Of a DNA stretch of 64,000 nucleotides, positions 9,515 through 18,790 are shown one piece after another. A program made the translations under genes and the position numbers. The DNA lies in the IMG/VR virus record IMGVR_UViG_3300045988_174840. One strand, written 5' to 3'. This stretch comes from a virus. The stretch's first letter is position 1, and each line of letters opens with the position of its first letter. The notes under the pieces are model-generated. The model was not told the DNA's origin. It did not search any database and saw only the letters and a program-made list of their open reading frames with translations.

Positions 9515-10648
9515 CAATAGTTATTAACTGTAAGTTTTTTATCTTACACTCTGGAGATTTCTCTCATTTTCATCAGTTGGTTAATTCCAACCCAGTTTAG
9601 CATAGCTTCTCTTCCATTCTTTTATTTGGAAGTTGCAGACTCGTGGTTTTATTATATTCTAATATTTATTAGAAACAATACTACTGATATTGTTTCTTTG
9701 TAACCATTTTTTATATTTGTAATATTTCCTTAGCAAGAAAATATCATTAAAACTATACATTTCATCAAGGATTTTTTTAGCATCTTTAGTAGAATAAGTT
9801 AATGTATAATAATTTTTTCTACTTTTATCTTTATATACTTCTTTATTATTACTACAGAGGAAACTTAAAATTCGAGCAAAATCTTTTAATAATTCTGGTC
9901 GATAAGAACAAATTTCAAGGCAACATGTAGTACCATTATCTTTAAAACAGCCATTTCCATCGAAATATCCTAAAATAAAACTTAATTGCTTACTAAAATC
10001 AAAAATAGGTAATTCCATTTTTTTATAAGTTTTATTTGGAACAATTCCATACTTAGCTAATTGTTTTTTATGATTTTTACTACTCCAAGATAATTCAGAT
10101 ACTTTAAAACCATTATTAGTTTCATAATCTAAGATATCTCTTTCACTTTCTATCATTATTTTAATTTTTTCTAATATAGGTCTATCTACTGAACTTAATC
10201 CTATTTTAATACGATTTCTGTTTTTTGAAACATTACCATCTGCTGCTAAAAAACCTAATAACCAAGCTTTTTCATTAGAATCTATATTATCAAAATAATG
10301 ATGATTAACTTTAAGACCTTTTTCTTGATTTATTATTCTATTTTGCTCTGCTCTTGTCCGTATTTTAATTCCATTCTTTATAAGAATAGATTTAATTTTT
10401 CCCCCATATGTGTCATACTTATTTGCGATAAAGCTTAAAGATTTTCCTTCATTATATAATTTTATTATCTCTTGGATGTTCATATATGATACATGCCTTT
10501 CATAAATATTAGTTTCAAAAACTATGCGTTGCGTGTGTTATTCTTTTTAAAGAATAACTTCCCTTCGGATTCTCCTAATCTAATAGGATTCTTTCCGTTT
10601 TTTCTGCAATGTTTGCTCTATAATTACTTATAGAGAGAGCAGTTATTT
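9515..10648 (-). mobile_element. putative group I intron (about 1134 nt) carrying a LAGLIDADG homing endonuclease ORF
   Basis: Exon 1 ends in U (AGU) and the intron ends in G (CUAUUG). The flanks are GC-richer and structured (for example cccttcggattctcc). The insertion splits the P-loop of the host gene. Confidence 0.55.
9659..10483 (-). CDS. LAGLIDADG homing endonuclease (double-motif, monomeric type)
   Basis: Two motifs, WLLGFLAADGNVS and FILGYFDGNGCF; N-terminal helix-turn-helix-like region. Confidence 0.8.
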   Translation of the reverse strand: MNIQEIIKLYNEGKSLSFIANKYDTYGGKIKSILIKNGIKIRTRAEQNRIINQEKGLKVNHHYFDNIDSNEKAWLLGFLAADGNVSKNRNRIKIGLSSVDRPILEKIKIMIESERDILDYETNNGFKVSELSWSSKNHKKQLAKYGIVPNKTYKKMELPIFDFSKQLSFILGYFDGNGCFKDNGTTCCLEICSYRPELLKDFARILSFLCSNNKEVYKDKSRKNYYTLTYSTKDAKKILDEMYSFNDIFLLRKYYKYKKWLQRNNISSIVSNKY

Positions 10649-10738
10649 ACTCTTAGGCTCTCCATAGAAGAATACACTATATCCTCTTAAATCTCTTGAT
10701 ACTTGATGTGGTTTAATATTAAGTAAATCAATTCCCAT
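10649..10738 (-). CDS. Sak4/AAA_24-like recombinase, exon 1 (30 codons)
   Basis: ATG at 10736-10738 with RBS AGAGGAAAG; MGIDLLNIKPHQVSRDLRGYSVFFYGEPKS, then an in-frame stop unless spliced to exon 2. Confidence 0.55.
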
Positions 10739-10795
10739 AATTATCTTTCCTCTAACTTTCTTTATTTCTTTATTTATTTCTCATTAAATTAAATT

Positions 10796-10822
10796 AAATT
10801 GGGAGCTAAGCTCCCAATTTAT
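10796..10822 (-). terminator. hairpin terminator
   Basis: Perfect palindrome aaattgggagctaagctcccaattt immediately after the stop of 10822-11772. Confidence 0.5.
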
Positions 10823-11772
10823 TAAAAGTTAAAACCGCCGCTGTTTACTGAAACAGTTGAGGCTTTAGGAGAAGAAGAATTGTTATTAGCAGCTTTCTGA
10901 GCCAAATACTCTTCTCTTCTCTTCTTAACCTCAGCAAGATGAACCTCTCTATTCTGCATAGCCTGAGTAACTTCTTCCGCAGTTAAAACTTTCTCATCTC
11001 CAAAATCATATGGTACAAGAGATACTCCAATAATCTCCCATTCTTTTGATTTCTTCTCATAGCTTTTTACTGCTACTTCACCGCCAAAAGCTGATTCTTC
11101 TTTCTGTTCTACTACAATAGTTCTGCAATTAATTCTTCCCCACACTTTTGTAAATAAAGGTTCTGAAGAAGAAAAATCTAAATTCTCAAAATACTTAATA
11201 CCTTCTGGATTTTTTAATACAAACTCTACTGGTAAAATATCATTTCTAAAATTAAAAACTGCCCCTCTGATTGTTAAGTAATCATTTAAAATACCTTTTT
11301 CCTCATCTGCTTCCACTCTATTCATAGAAGTCATAAGCATATCTGTTGTAAAGGTATTTCTTTCATTTTCTTTACATAAATTACTAACAATAGTAACAAA
11401 TCCACCCTCATTAATCTTCTGTGATACTAAAGTGTCTTCATTAACATAGAAATCATTTAAAGCAAGAGCAGTATCAATTTTTACTTTCGTTGCCTCATCT
11501 TTTCCGTCTGTAATCCATGCTTTTCCTTCATCAATAATTTTCTTCAAAGCTGTATAAGTAGCGTTTTTCTTACCAGCTTTTGTTGTTTCTGTCACGTATG
11601 TAAAGTCTACTTTTACAATATTCATACCCTCTTCATCTACAGCTACACTTAATGTACCTGAAATGAATTCTTTTCCATAATTACTTGACTGCTGATTTTG
11701 AACTGTTTTAATTGTCAATTCATGCTCATATACTCTGCCCTCGATATGTTCTGTATTAATTGCTTTTTTCAT
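10822..11772 (-). CDS. hypothetical protein; possible ssDNA-binding protein by position next to the recombinase
   Basis: 316 aa, beta-rich N-terminal half, Ser/Gly-rich tail ending GGFNF; positional inference only. Confidence 0.25.
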   Translation of the reverse strand: MKKAINTEHIEGRVYEHELTIKTVQNQQSSNYGKEFISGTLSVAVDEEGMNIVKVDFTYVTETTKAGKKNATYTALKKIIDEGKAWITDGKDEATKVKIDTALALNDFYVNEDTLVSQKINEGGFVTIVSNLCKENERNTFTTDMLMTSMNRVEADEEKGILNDYLTIRGAVFNFRNDILPVEFVLKNPEGIKYFENLDFSSSEPLFTKVWGRINCRTIVVEQKEESAFGGEVAVKSYEKKSKEWEIIGVSLVPYDFGDEKVLTAEEVTQAMQNREVHLAEVKKRREEYLAQKAANNNSSSPKASTVSVNSGGFNF

Positions 11773-11854
11773 CTATTTTCTCCTACTTTTATTTTTTTAT
11801 TCAAAATCTTTATATAATAATTATATCAAAAATTTTAAACTTTGTCAATCTATA

Positions 11855-12232
11855 CTAATCTATCTGTTTATTTCTTCCTTCATCAGTTAAACTATAAGTT
11901 ACTGGATCTTTACCAACTTTTTCAACAAAACCATTTGCAATAATTTTTCTCATTGAACCAGAAACTGAACGAGATGACATAAAAAGCCCCTCTCCAATCT
12001 CTTTTGAAGTAAAAAGGTTATTATATTTATCTTCATTAGATTGCATATATTTTAAAATCTTTGAACCATTCTCTGTCATTTCACTATTGCTAGAGCTTTT
12101 CTTATCACTTAAAAACTGGCTCCAAAAGTTTTTAATATCTTCCCAATCTTCCCCGCATTGTTCTACATATATATCTTCTCTTTCAAAAATCTCTGATTGA
12201 ATAAAATTTATAAATTTTTCTTTTTTTGTCAT
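11855..12232 (-). CDS. winged-helix DNA-binding protein (paralogue of 14075-14413)
   Basis: C-terminal SRSVSGSMRKIIANGFVEKVGKDPVTYSLTDEGR aligns with RSVNGIVTSAFQRKGLMERVPSE...IRLTDEGR in 14075-14413. Confidence 0.35.
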   Translation of the reverse strand: MTKKEKFINFIQSEIFEREDIYVEQCGEDWEDIKNFWSQFLSDKKSSSNSEMTENGSKILKYMQSNEDKYNNLFTSKEIGEGLFMSSRSVSGSMRKIIANGFVEKVGKDPVTYSLTDEGRNKQID

Positions 12233-12316
12233 AATTTTTTATATAACCTTTCTTTCTCTTTTATTATTATACAATAATTATAACATTTATTTTAATAAAA
12301 TTCAAATAAGTATATT

Positions 12317-12997
12317 TTATTTAAGAGGTTTTCTTCCGCAACTTCTCTCGCCTTCGTTACAATAACCAAGATACTCACATTTAGGACAAAAATAATTTGT
12401 AACTAAATATTCCCATTCTTCAGAATATTGTTTCAAAGCTTTAATTAAATCATTAAATAATTCACGATATTCCCAATAGGCACAAGTACACATTCTTTGA
12501 TGAGACATATCTATTAAAGTTCTTAAATTAATTTTACAAGAAACAACAGTAGTCATTCCAAGCGGAAGTCCATTCGCAGTGTCCTCATGTGGGATACTAT
12601 AAACTTGCTCTAAAGTTAATAGCGTTTCATTTATAATAGCCATTAATTCATCCCACAATAAACTAGCACCTTTTTCTTTTTTAATACTATGCGGGGTAAT
12701 GTATTTAAAATTATTCTTAGCGTAGTCTATATATCTAGTAGAAGCCTGAACCCTTGTAGGCATCCCGCCAATATGCGTATACCATTCTCTAATGACTCTT
12801 GCAGAATATCCATCTAAAGTTAAATACACATCGGGAAATTCCCAAGTTCTCCCATGCCCACTTTTTAAGTTATGAATACCTCTTTTGTAATTTTTCTCTT
12901 TATTATCTATAGGAGCGTTATAGCAAACTCCAGACATTTCTCCAATTAATGTAATTGGATCTTTAGTAGTTCTTTCGTTAATGATAATTTGTCCCAT
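12317..12997 (-). CDS. thyX: flavin-dependent thymidylate synthase ThyX
   Basis: ThyX signature variant EWYTHIGGMPTRVQASTRY (RHR...S.RY-like) and N-terminal ITLIGEMSGVCY. Confidence 0.65.
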   Translation of the reverse strand: MGQIIINERTTKDPITLIGEMSGVCYNAPIDNKEKNYKRGIHNLKSGHGRTWEFPDVYLTLDGYSARVIREWYTHIGGMPTRVQASTRYIDYAKNNFKYITPHSIKKEKGASLLWDELMAIINETLLTLEQVYSIPHEDTANGLPLGMTTVVSCKINLRTLIDMSHQRMCTCAYWEYRELFNDLIKALKQYSEEWEYLVTNYFCPKCEYLGYCNEGERSCGRKPLK

Positions 12998-13020
12998 CTA
13001 TTACTCCTTTATTTTTACTT

Positions 13021-13833
13021 TTATTTATTTCCAGAAGTGCTATTATAGCCATAAATATCACTTTGATACATTTGAATCCAAAATTTTTCTTTTTCGTTTA
13101 ATTCTGTTCTTGAACATTCTTCCATCAATTCAAAAGAAAAATTCCAAACACCATCTTGTTGCATTGCTTTATATAACTTATTTGTTGCGGAAGCATCTAT
13201 TCCCAATCCGCATTTAACGTGCTGCTTAAATCTATCTTGAATATTAACGCTTTGTCCAATATAGCATTGTTTAGTTAATAAATTTGTAATTTTATAGATT
13301 CCGCATTTAGTAGTAGTTCCTAATATCCTATTGCACATTTCAGTTGTTTGTTTTTGAAAATAAGTTGACCAAATAATTTTATTTAAAACAACAGGTTGAT
13401 GAAAAGAAACTTTTATTTTATTTAATGCCATGATATCTGATAATTCATTATCTGTAATAGTTAATTTGTAAAAGTTAATTTCTTCTTCTTTTTCTCTTTC
13501 GCGGAGTTGAGCCTGTACGCCCGCACTCAGTGATTCTTTTATTTTATGTAAAGATTCATCAATTTCCTTTTTCTCTTTATCAGTCTTAGCTTTATATAAG
13601 TCATATTTTAATTCTATATCTTCATATGCTTTTTCTAATTCTAAAACATATTGTTCTTTTGCATATTTAATTTTATCTTTATAGCTGTTATATTCTTTTA
13701 GTTGACTCTCTTTAAAATCATTTAATTGGTCTAATATATCATCTTTCTTTTGACAGAAAGATTTAAAAGCATCAGATTGTTGCTCTGTAAGTAAAGATAA
13801 TTCTCTTTGCCTGCCTTTGATTTGCATTATCAA
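13021..13833 (-). CDS. GIY-YIG homing-endonuclease-like protein with a long N-terminal coiled coil
   Basis: GIYKITNLLTKQCYIGQSVNIQDRFKQH is a GIY-YIG motif with the catalytic Arg, but near the C-terminus; free-standing between thyX and the next gene. Confidence 0.6.
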   Translation of the reverse strand: MIMQIKGRQRELSLLTEQQSDAFKSFCQKKDDILDQLNDFKESQLKEYNSYKDKIKYAKEQYVLELEKAYEDIELKYDLYKAKTDKEKKEIDESLHKIKESLSAGVQAQLREREKEEEINFYKLTITDNELSDIMALNKIKVSFHQPVVLNKIIWSTYFQKQTTEMCNRILGTTTKCGIYKITNLLTKQCYIGQSVNIQDRFKQHVKCGLGIDASATNKLYKAMQQDGVWNFSFELMEECSRTELNEKEKFWIQMYQSDIYGYNSTSGNK

Positions 13834-14074
13834 ATTACGTTTTTGAAAAGCTAAAGAATTTAATTCTTTTAATAAGGCTTCTTTTTCTTTCTCTTCCTTT
13901 CTATTATTATATATAATAGTATTTTTTGATTTTATTGCTAAATATATTCCATAAAATAAAAAAATAATACTAATAATAAATAAAAAAAATATTATATAAA
14001 CAATATCGGTAGCCTCCTTAAATAAAAAGAATGGGTTAAACTAATAATTAGCTTAACCCTTTTAAAATTTATGA

Positions 14075-14413
14075 TTACTCAGCCTGTTCTGTTACGTCTG
14101 GATCGAAAGTACGACCTTCGTCGGTCAAGCGAATAAATTTAACTGCTTTATGAGTGCCATCTTCAAGCTCAATCTCTGACGGAACTCTTTCCATTAAACC
14201 TTTTCTCTGAAAAGCAGAAGTTACAATACCATTTACACTTCTTACTTCGAGACCAGTTGCTTCTGCAATATCTGCCGCTGTTACATTCTGTCCATCTACA
14301 CTCTTTACATAATCAAATACTTTTCTTGAATTTTCTTTTAATGCTGCCATTTTTTCTTTCTCCTTTAATTTTAAAACATAGTATATTTTATTTTTATTAT
14401 TAGATGATTTCAT
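14075..14413 (-). CDS. winged-helix DNA-binding protein (paralogue of 11855-12232)
   Basis: See 11855-12232; a promoter of the conserved type lies upstream at 14424-14462. Confidence 0.35.
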   Translation of the reverse strand: MKSSNNKNKIYYVLKLKEKEKMAALKENSRKVFDYVKSVDGQNVTAADIAEATGLEVRSVNGIVTSAFQRKGLMERVPSEIELEDGTHKAVKFIRLTDEGRTFDPDVTEQAE

Positions 14414-14448
14414 CTTATATTTTATATAAATATTATACCAAAAATTTT

Positions 14449-14631
14449 TTAATTTGTCAATAATTTATTTTTGGTTATATAATCATCTATCATAAACATA
14501 TCTTCTAAAGATAACGTTTTCGATATTTCTTGAATTTCCTTCATATTTTCTTGAACATTTTTACCCTTAGAAAGTTCTTGTTCCATCTTCACTATTTTAA
14601 GTGCTAAATCTTTTATTTCTTTATTTTTCAT
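14449..14631 (-). CDS. small hypothetical protein, 60 aa
   Basis: ORF with its own consensus promoter upstream at 14632-14672. Confidence 0.3.
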   Translation of the reverse strand: MKNKEIKDLALKIVKMEQELSKGKNVQENMKEIQEISKTLSLEDMFMIDDYITKNKLLTN

Positions 14632-14662
14632 ATTTATATTATACCAAAAATTTTTTAAAAAA

Positions 14663-15772
14663 TCAAAAAATGCTACTTACTGTGCAGTCTTTTGCATCTT
14701 TATCTTCTCTTAAGCCTTTCCAAAATCCATGTCTAATTGTCTTTTCTTTAGAATCTAACTCCATACATTGTATTTTTACTACATGATTAAGATAATTTTT
14801 CGGATTCTTAGACATATCTTCTTTTAATTCATCAGAAATTCCAGAATGAATAGTACCTATATCAATAATAGTTCCCTTATCATCATATGCCCCTATTTTT
14901 ATTCTGGCATTATGCCAATTATAATAATAAGGTTTTGTCACTGGAATTATTTCTTTTCCCATCTTAAGAAGTTCTTTATAAGTCCCTTGCATCCTAATAC
15001 CATTTTTATTAATACAAAAGCCCCAAGAATCTAACTCTTTTCCATAATATTCCTTTGTAGGCTCTTCAAACCCTATAATAATAGCATCTATAAAATCTAC
15101 CTTTTTCGCTTTTAAATTACTATCTGGGCGTTTTCCAGGCTGATATATCCCATTTTTCTTTTTTAAAACCATTCCCTCTTCACCTACGGATAAGGCACTT
15201 CCAACTCTTTCATATAAATTATCTTCCCATGCTTCCGCAAGCTCAAGAAAATTATATTTTTTTAAATTATATTTTTTCCAAACTTCTTTTAATATATTAT
15301 ATCTAACTAAACTGCCAGTATTTAATAAGTTATAGCCATTATATATTAAAATATCATGGATATAATAATGAATCAATCCATACGAACCATTTTGTCTTTC
15401 TATTGCTTTACCAGCCAAACTTCCCATAATGGGGGTAACATTTTTAGAACTTCCTCCTGGATAATAAATTTCTCCAATTAAAACAGTCTTGTCTGGCAAA
15501 CACTCTAAAGCATTAACTATATGAGGGACATTATCATGCTTCTCTGTCAGAAGTCCAGTCTTCTTACTTACTGTCCGCCCAAATAAATAACAATTTTCAT
15601 TTTTAACAAACTGATAGAAAGCTCCATCCTTTTTAAGCTGACCAAAATATTCTCCACTTGAACAAGCTCTTTTTAGTTGTTCTTTTGTAGAAGAATGAAT
15701 TAGCATAGGCTCAATCATCAATTCTCCTGCCCCTGGATATAAAGATTCAATTTTTTCCTTACTAAAAACCAA
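14663..15772 (-). CDS. ATP-dependent DNA ligase
   Basis: Nucleotidyltransferase motif I KKDGAFY (KxDG); size 369 aa; sits in the replication module. Confidence 0.6.
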   Translation of the reverse strand: MVFSKEKIESLYPGAGELMIEPMLIHSSTKEQLKRACSSGEYFGQLKKDGAFYQFVKNENCYLFGRTVSKKTGLLTEKHDNVPHIVNALECLPDKTVLIGEIYYPGGSSKNVTPIMGSLAGKAIERQNGSYGLIHYYIHDILIYNGYNLLNTGSLVRYNILKEVWKKYNLKKYNFLELAEAWEDNLYERVGSALSVGEEGMVLKKKNGIYQPGKRPDSNLKAKKVDFIDAIIIGFEEPTKEYYGKELDSWGFCINKNGIRMQGTYKELLKMGKEIIPVTKPYYYNWHNARIKIGAYDDKGTIIDIGTIHSGISDELKEDMSKNPKNYLNHVVKIQCMELDSKEKTIRHGFWKGLREDKDAKDCTVSSIF

Positions 15773-15805
15773 TATAAACCTCCTTTACTCTTCTATTGTT
15801 AAGTT

Positions 15806-18148
15806 TTATAACTTAACAATAGAAGAAATCAAACTATTTTTTAACATAATATTTCCTATGCTTGTGCGGCTTAACTTAGGAATATCTTTTGTAGATATAC
15901 ATATTGATTTTGGCTTTCCTACAATTAACAAGTTATCTGAATCATCGACCATACCTCCGCCAACAATCACTCCAGAAGTATCCGTAGTTTTATAAATGAT
16001 AACTCCCTTTCCCGCTCTTTGCTGAAGTGGCAATTCCTCTAAAGATATTTTCTTTCCTAGACCTCTTGTTGTAACAATAGCTAAACAATCATCCTTCTTA
16101 TTAATTGGTAATCCCGCAATAACTTCATCATTTTCATCTAGCTTAATAGCTTTAACGCCCGCGGTAACTCGTCCAATAGGGTTGATTTCATCTGTAGGAA
16201 AATGGATAGCCATACCATTCTTTGTTATAACTATCATTTCTTCTTTTTCTATGAAAGTTACGTTAGCTAAAGAATCATTATTTTTTAAATTTATCGCGGC
16301 AATACCTGTACTTCTCTTTACTTTTGTATATTCCTCTAAAGAAGTTTTCTTAATTAAACCTTGCTTAGTTATGAAAATAACATATTTTGCTTTTGTTTTT
16401 CTATGCAAAGAAGTAATAGCAATAACTTTTTCATCTTTTTCTATATTTATTAAAGTGCCAATATTTATTCCTTTTGATAGATTAGTTCCAACTGGTATAT
16501 TATCCACCAGAAGTCTATACATTTTACCTTTAGATGTAAAAATCATAAGAGTATCAATAGTATTAGTAGATATAACGTCTAATATGGCGTCATTTTCACT
16601 TTTGACTCCTTTTCCATTCTTCTTCTGAACTTTAAAAGATTTTAAAGGAACTCTTTTAATATCTCCATTTTGAGCCGCAATAACAACTACATTTTCTGGA
16701 ATAATTTCTGCAACTTCTTTTTCTTCTGGCTTAATATCAATGTGAATTAATTCAGTTCTTCTGTCATCACCATACTTTTTTACTAGTGATTCTAATTTAG
16801 TTTTAATATCAGATAACTGCAATTCTCTATTTGAAATATGTAATTCCAATTCCGCAATTTTAATTAACAAGTCTTTCTTTTCGTTTTCAAGAGTTATTTT
16901 TTCCAAACGAGCTAAACTAGATAATCTCATTGCCAAAATGGATTTAGTTTGAATTTCAGACAGCTTATAAATTTCAATTAGTTTATTTTTCGCAGCTTCT
17001 GAATTTTCTGACTTTTTAATTAAAGAGATTACATTATCAATGTCCTCTAAAGCTATCAAAAGACCTTCTACAATATGTAATCTATCTTTTGCTTTCTTTA
17101 AATCAAAAGTCAATTCTTTTTTTAAACATTCAATATTATGCTCTATATATATCTTACAACAGTCAGCTAAATTTAGCTCAGTTGGTACTTTATCAACTAA
17201 GGCGACTTGATTATATGATATGCTTGTTTGAAGGTTTGTTTTAGAATAAAGCTTTTTTGCTATTGAATCTAAGTTCGAATCTTTTTTACACTCGATTACA
17301 AGTCTAATTCCTTTTTTGTTTGTTTCGTCGCGGATTTCAGAAATTCCTTCTATTTCTTTTGAATCACAAACCTCACCTATTTCAGTCAGTAACCCTTCAA
17401 TAGTAGTTCCATAAGGAATTTCATAAAAGACAATGTTATTTTTTTCAATTTTATATTTTCCGCGGACTTTAACAGAACCATGTCCAGTTTTCATAATCTG
17501 CGGAATATCTTTACTATTTATTATAATTCCACCTGTTGGAAAATCCGGTCCAGGTAAAAGAGGCTTTTTTCCGTCCATGTAATCATAAATAGCTTGTGCA
17601 ACTTCCTTAAGGTTGTGCGGAAGCCAGTTACAGGCGATGGCAACTCCAATTCCAGTATTTGGGTTACACAGTAAGTTTGGAAAAATAGCTGGTAAGGTTA
17701 CTGGTTCATCCAGAGTTTCATCATAATTTTGAATAAAATCAACATTTTTCTTTTTTAATCCAGATAATAAGCCATCTTCTGCAATTTTACTTAATCTTGC
17801 TTCTGTATAACGAGATGCAGCAGGTCCATCTCCTGCAATATTTCCGTTATTACCATGCCAGTCAATAAGAGGGTATCGCAATACCCAGTTTTGAGAGAGA
17901 CGGACTAAAGCACCGTAGATTGAACTATCTCCGTGCGGATGATATTTACCCATGACGTCTCCTACTATTCTAGCACTTTTAATATGAGGTTTAGAAAAAG
18001 TTCTTCCCTCTTCAAAAGCTGACCATAAGATTCTCTTTGCAACAGGTTTTAAACCTGACTTTGCATCAGGAATTGCTCTATCGGTATTAACTGCAACTGC
18101 ATACTCTATAAAGTTCGTACCAAGTTCTTGCTTTATATCATTCTGCAT
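15806..18148 (-). CDS. type IIA topoisomerase A subunit (GyrA/ParC-like)
   Basis: YAVAVNTDRAIPDAKSGLKPVAKRIL, HPHGDSSIYGALVRLSQNW and the active-site region AASRYTEARLSKIAE match GyrA landmarks. Confidence 0.85.
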   Translation of the reverse strand: MQNDIKQELGTNFIEYAVAVNTDRAIPDAKSGLKPVAKRILWSAFEEGRTFSKPHIKSARIVGDVMGKYHPHGDSSIYGALVRLSQNWVLRYPLIDWHGNNGNIAGDGPAASRYTEARLSKIAEDGLLSGLKKKNVDFIQNYDETLDEPVTLPAIFPNLLCNPNTGIGVAIACNWLPHNLKEVAQAIYDYMDGKKPLLPGPDFPTGGIIINSKDIPQIMKTGHGSVKVRGKYKIEKNNIVFYEIPYGTTIEGLLTEIGEVCDSKEIEGISEIRDETNKKGIRLVIECKKDSNLDSIAKKLYSKTNLQTSISYNQVALVDKVPTELNLADCCKIYIEHNIECLKKELTFDLKKAKDRLHIVEGLLIALEDIDNVISLIKKSENSEAAKNKLIEIYKLSEIQTKSILAMRLSSLARLEKITLENEKKDLLIKIAELELHISNRELQLSDIKTKLESLVKKYGDDRRTELIHIDIKPEEKEVAEIIPENVVVIAAQNGDIKRVPLKSFKVQKKNGKGVKSENDAILDVISTNTIDTLMIFTSKGKMYRLLVDNIPVGTNLSKGINIGTLINIEKDEKVIAITSLHRKTKAKYVIFITKQGLIKKTSLEEYTKVKRSTGIAAINLKNNDSLANVTFIEKEEMIVITKNGMAIHFPTDEINPIGRVTAGVKAIKLDENDEVIAGLPINKKDDCLAIVTTRGLGKKISLEELPLQQRAGKGVIIYKTTDTSGVIVGGGMVDDSDNLLIVGKPKSICISTKDIPKLSRTSIGNIMLKNSLISSIVKL

Positions 18149-18216
18149 TTAACTTTCTCCTTCTATCATTTTTCATATATTATATCACACATTTCTATAA
18201 AAATCAATAAAATAAT

Positions 18217-18486
18217 TTATTTTTTGTCACTTTGAGTATATTTTGTAAAAATAAATAAATTATTATTTTCTTTTATATCTTCTAAGATAAATCCCTCTTT
18301 GTAAATGACAATTAAGTCGTTAATGCTTGGCTTTTCTGTCATTGTAAAGCTATTTATATCTCGTAGCGAGATACACCTTATTATACTATTTTCAAAAGGT
18401 CTTTTATTTTCAATATCTGCTCTAATTTTATCCGCAGATATTGAACAATACCCTATAATTTTATCTTTCATCATATTATACCTCAC
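18217..18486 (-). CDS. hypothetical protein, 89 aa
   Basis: ORF with an upstream consensus promoter at 18178-18215 (TTGATT...TGATATAAT on the minus strand). Confidence 0.3.
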   Translation of the reverse strand: MRYNMMKDKIIGYCSISADKIRADIENKRPFENSIIRCISLRDINSFTMTEKPSINDLIVIYKEGFILEDIKENNNLFIFTKYTQSDKK

Positions 18487-18790
18487 TTATATCAAAAGAA
18501 AGAAATCTAAAATCTAAATTTATAACGATATTATCTTTAATATTTTCCTTCTTCACAAGTTCCGAAAAAGTAACAAATTTCATATGCGTTTACTTCATAA
18601 TTATCAGATAACTCGAATTTTTTAATATGTCCAATAATAGTACCAATCTCATCTTTTACCATCATAAGCGGAGCCTCGCTATCAAATTCTCGTACATCAT
18701 TCTCTACCGCTTCTTTTGTATAAATAGTTCCATTTCCTATCAGGCTTACTGACAGGAAATGGAACTCTCATAATAACCTTTATTGGATTA

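Noticed and set aside
9517-9517. TTG start for the recombinase as given by the ORF track
   Set aside because: No RBS, and the resulting N-terminus lacks half of the P-loop; the spliced two-exon model explains the sequence better.
16182-16628. Plus-strand 148-aa ORF
   Set aside because: Antisense within the GyrA-like gene; hydrophobic low-complexity translation typical of AT-rich antisense frames.
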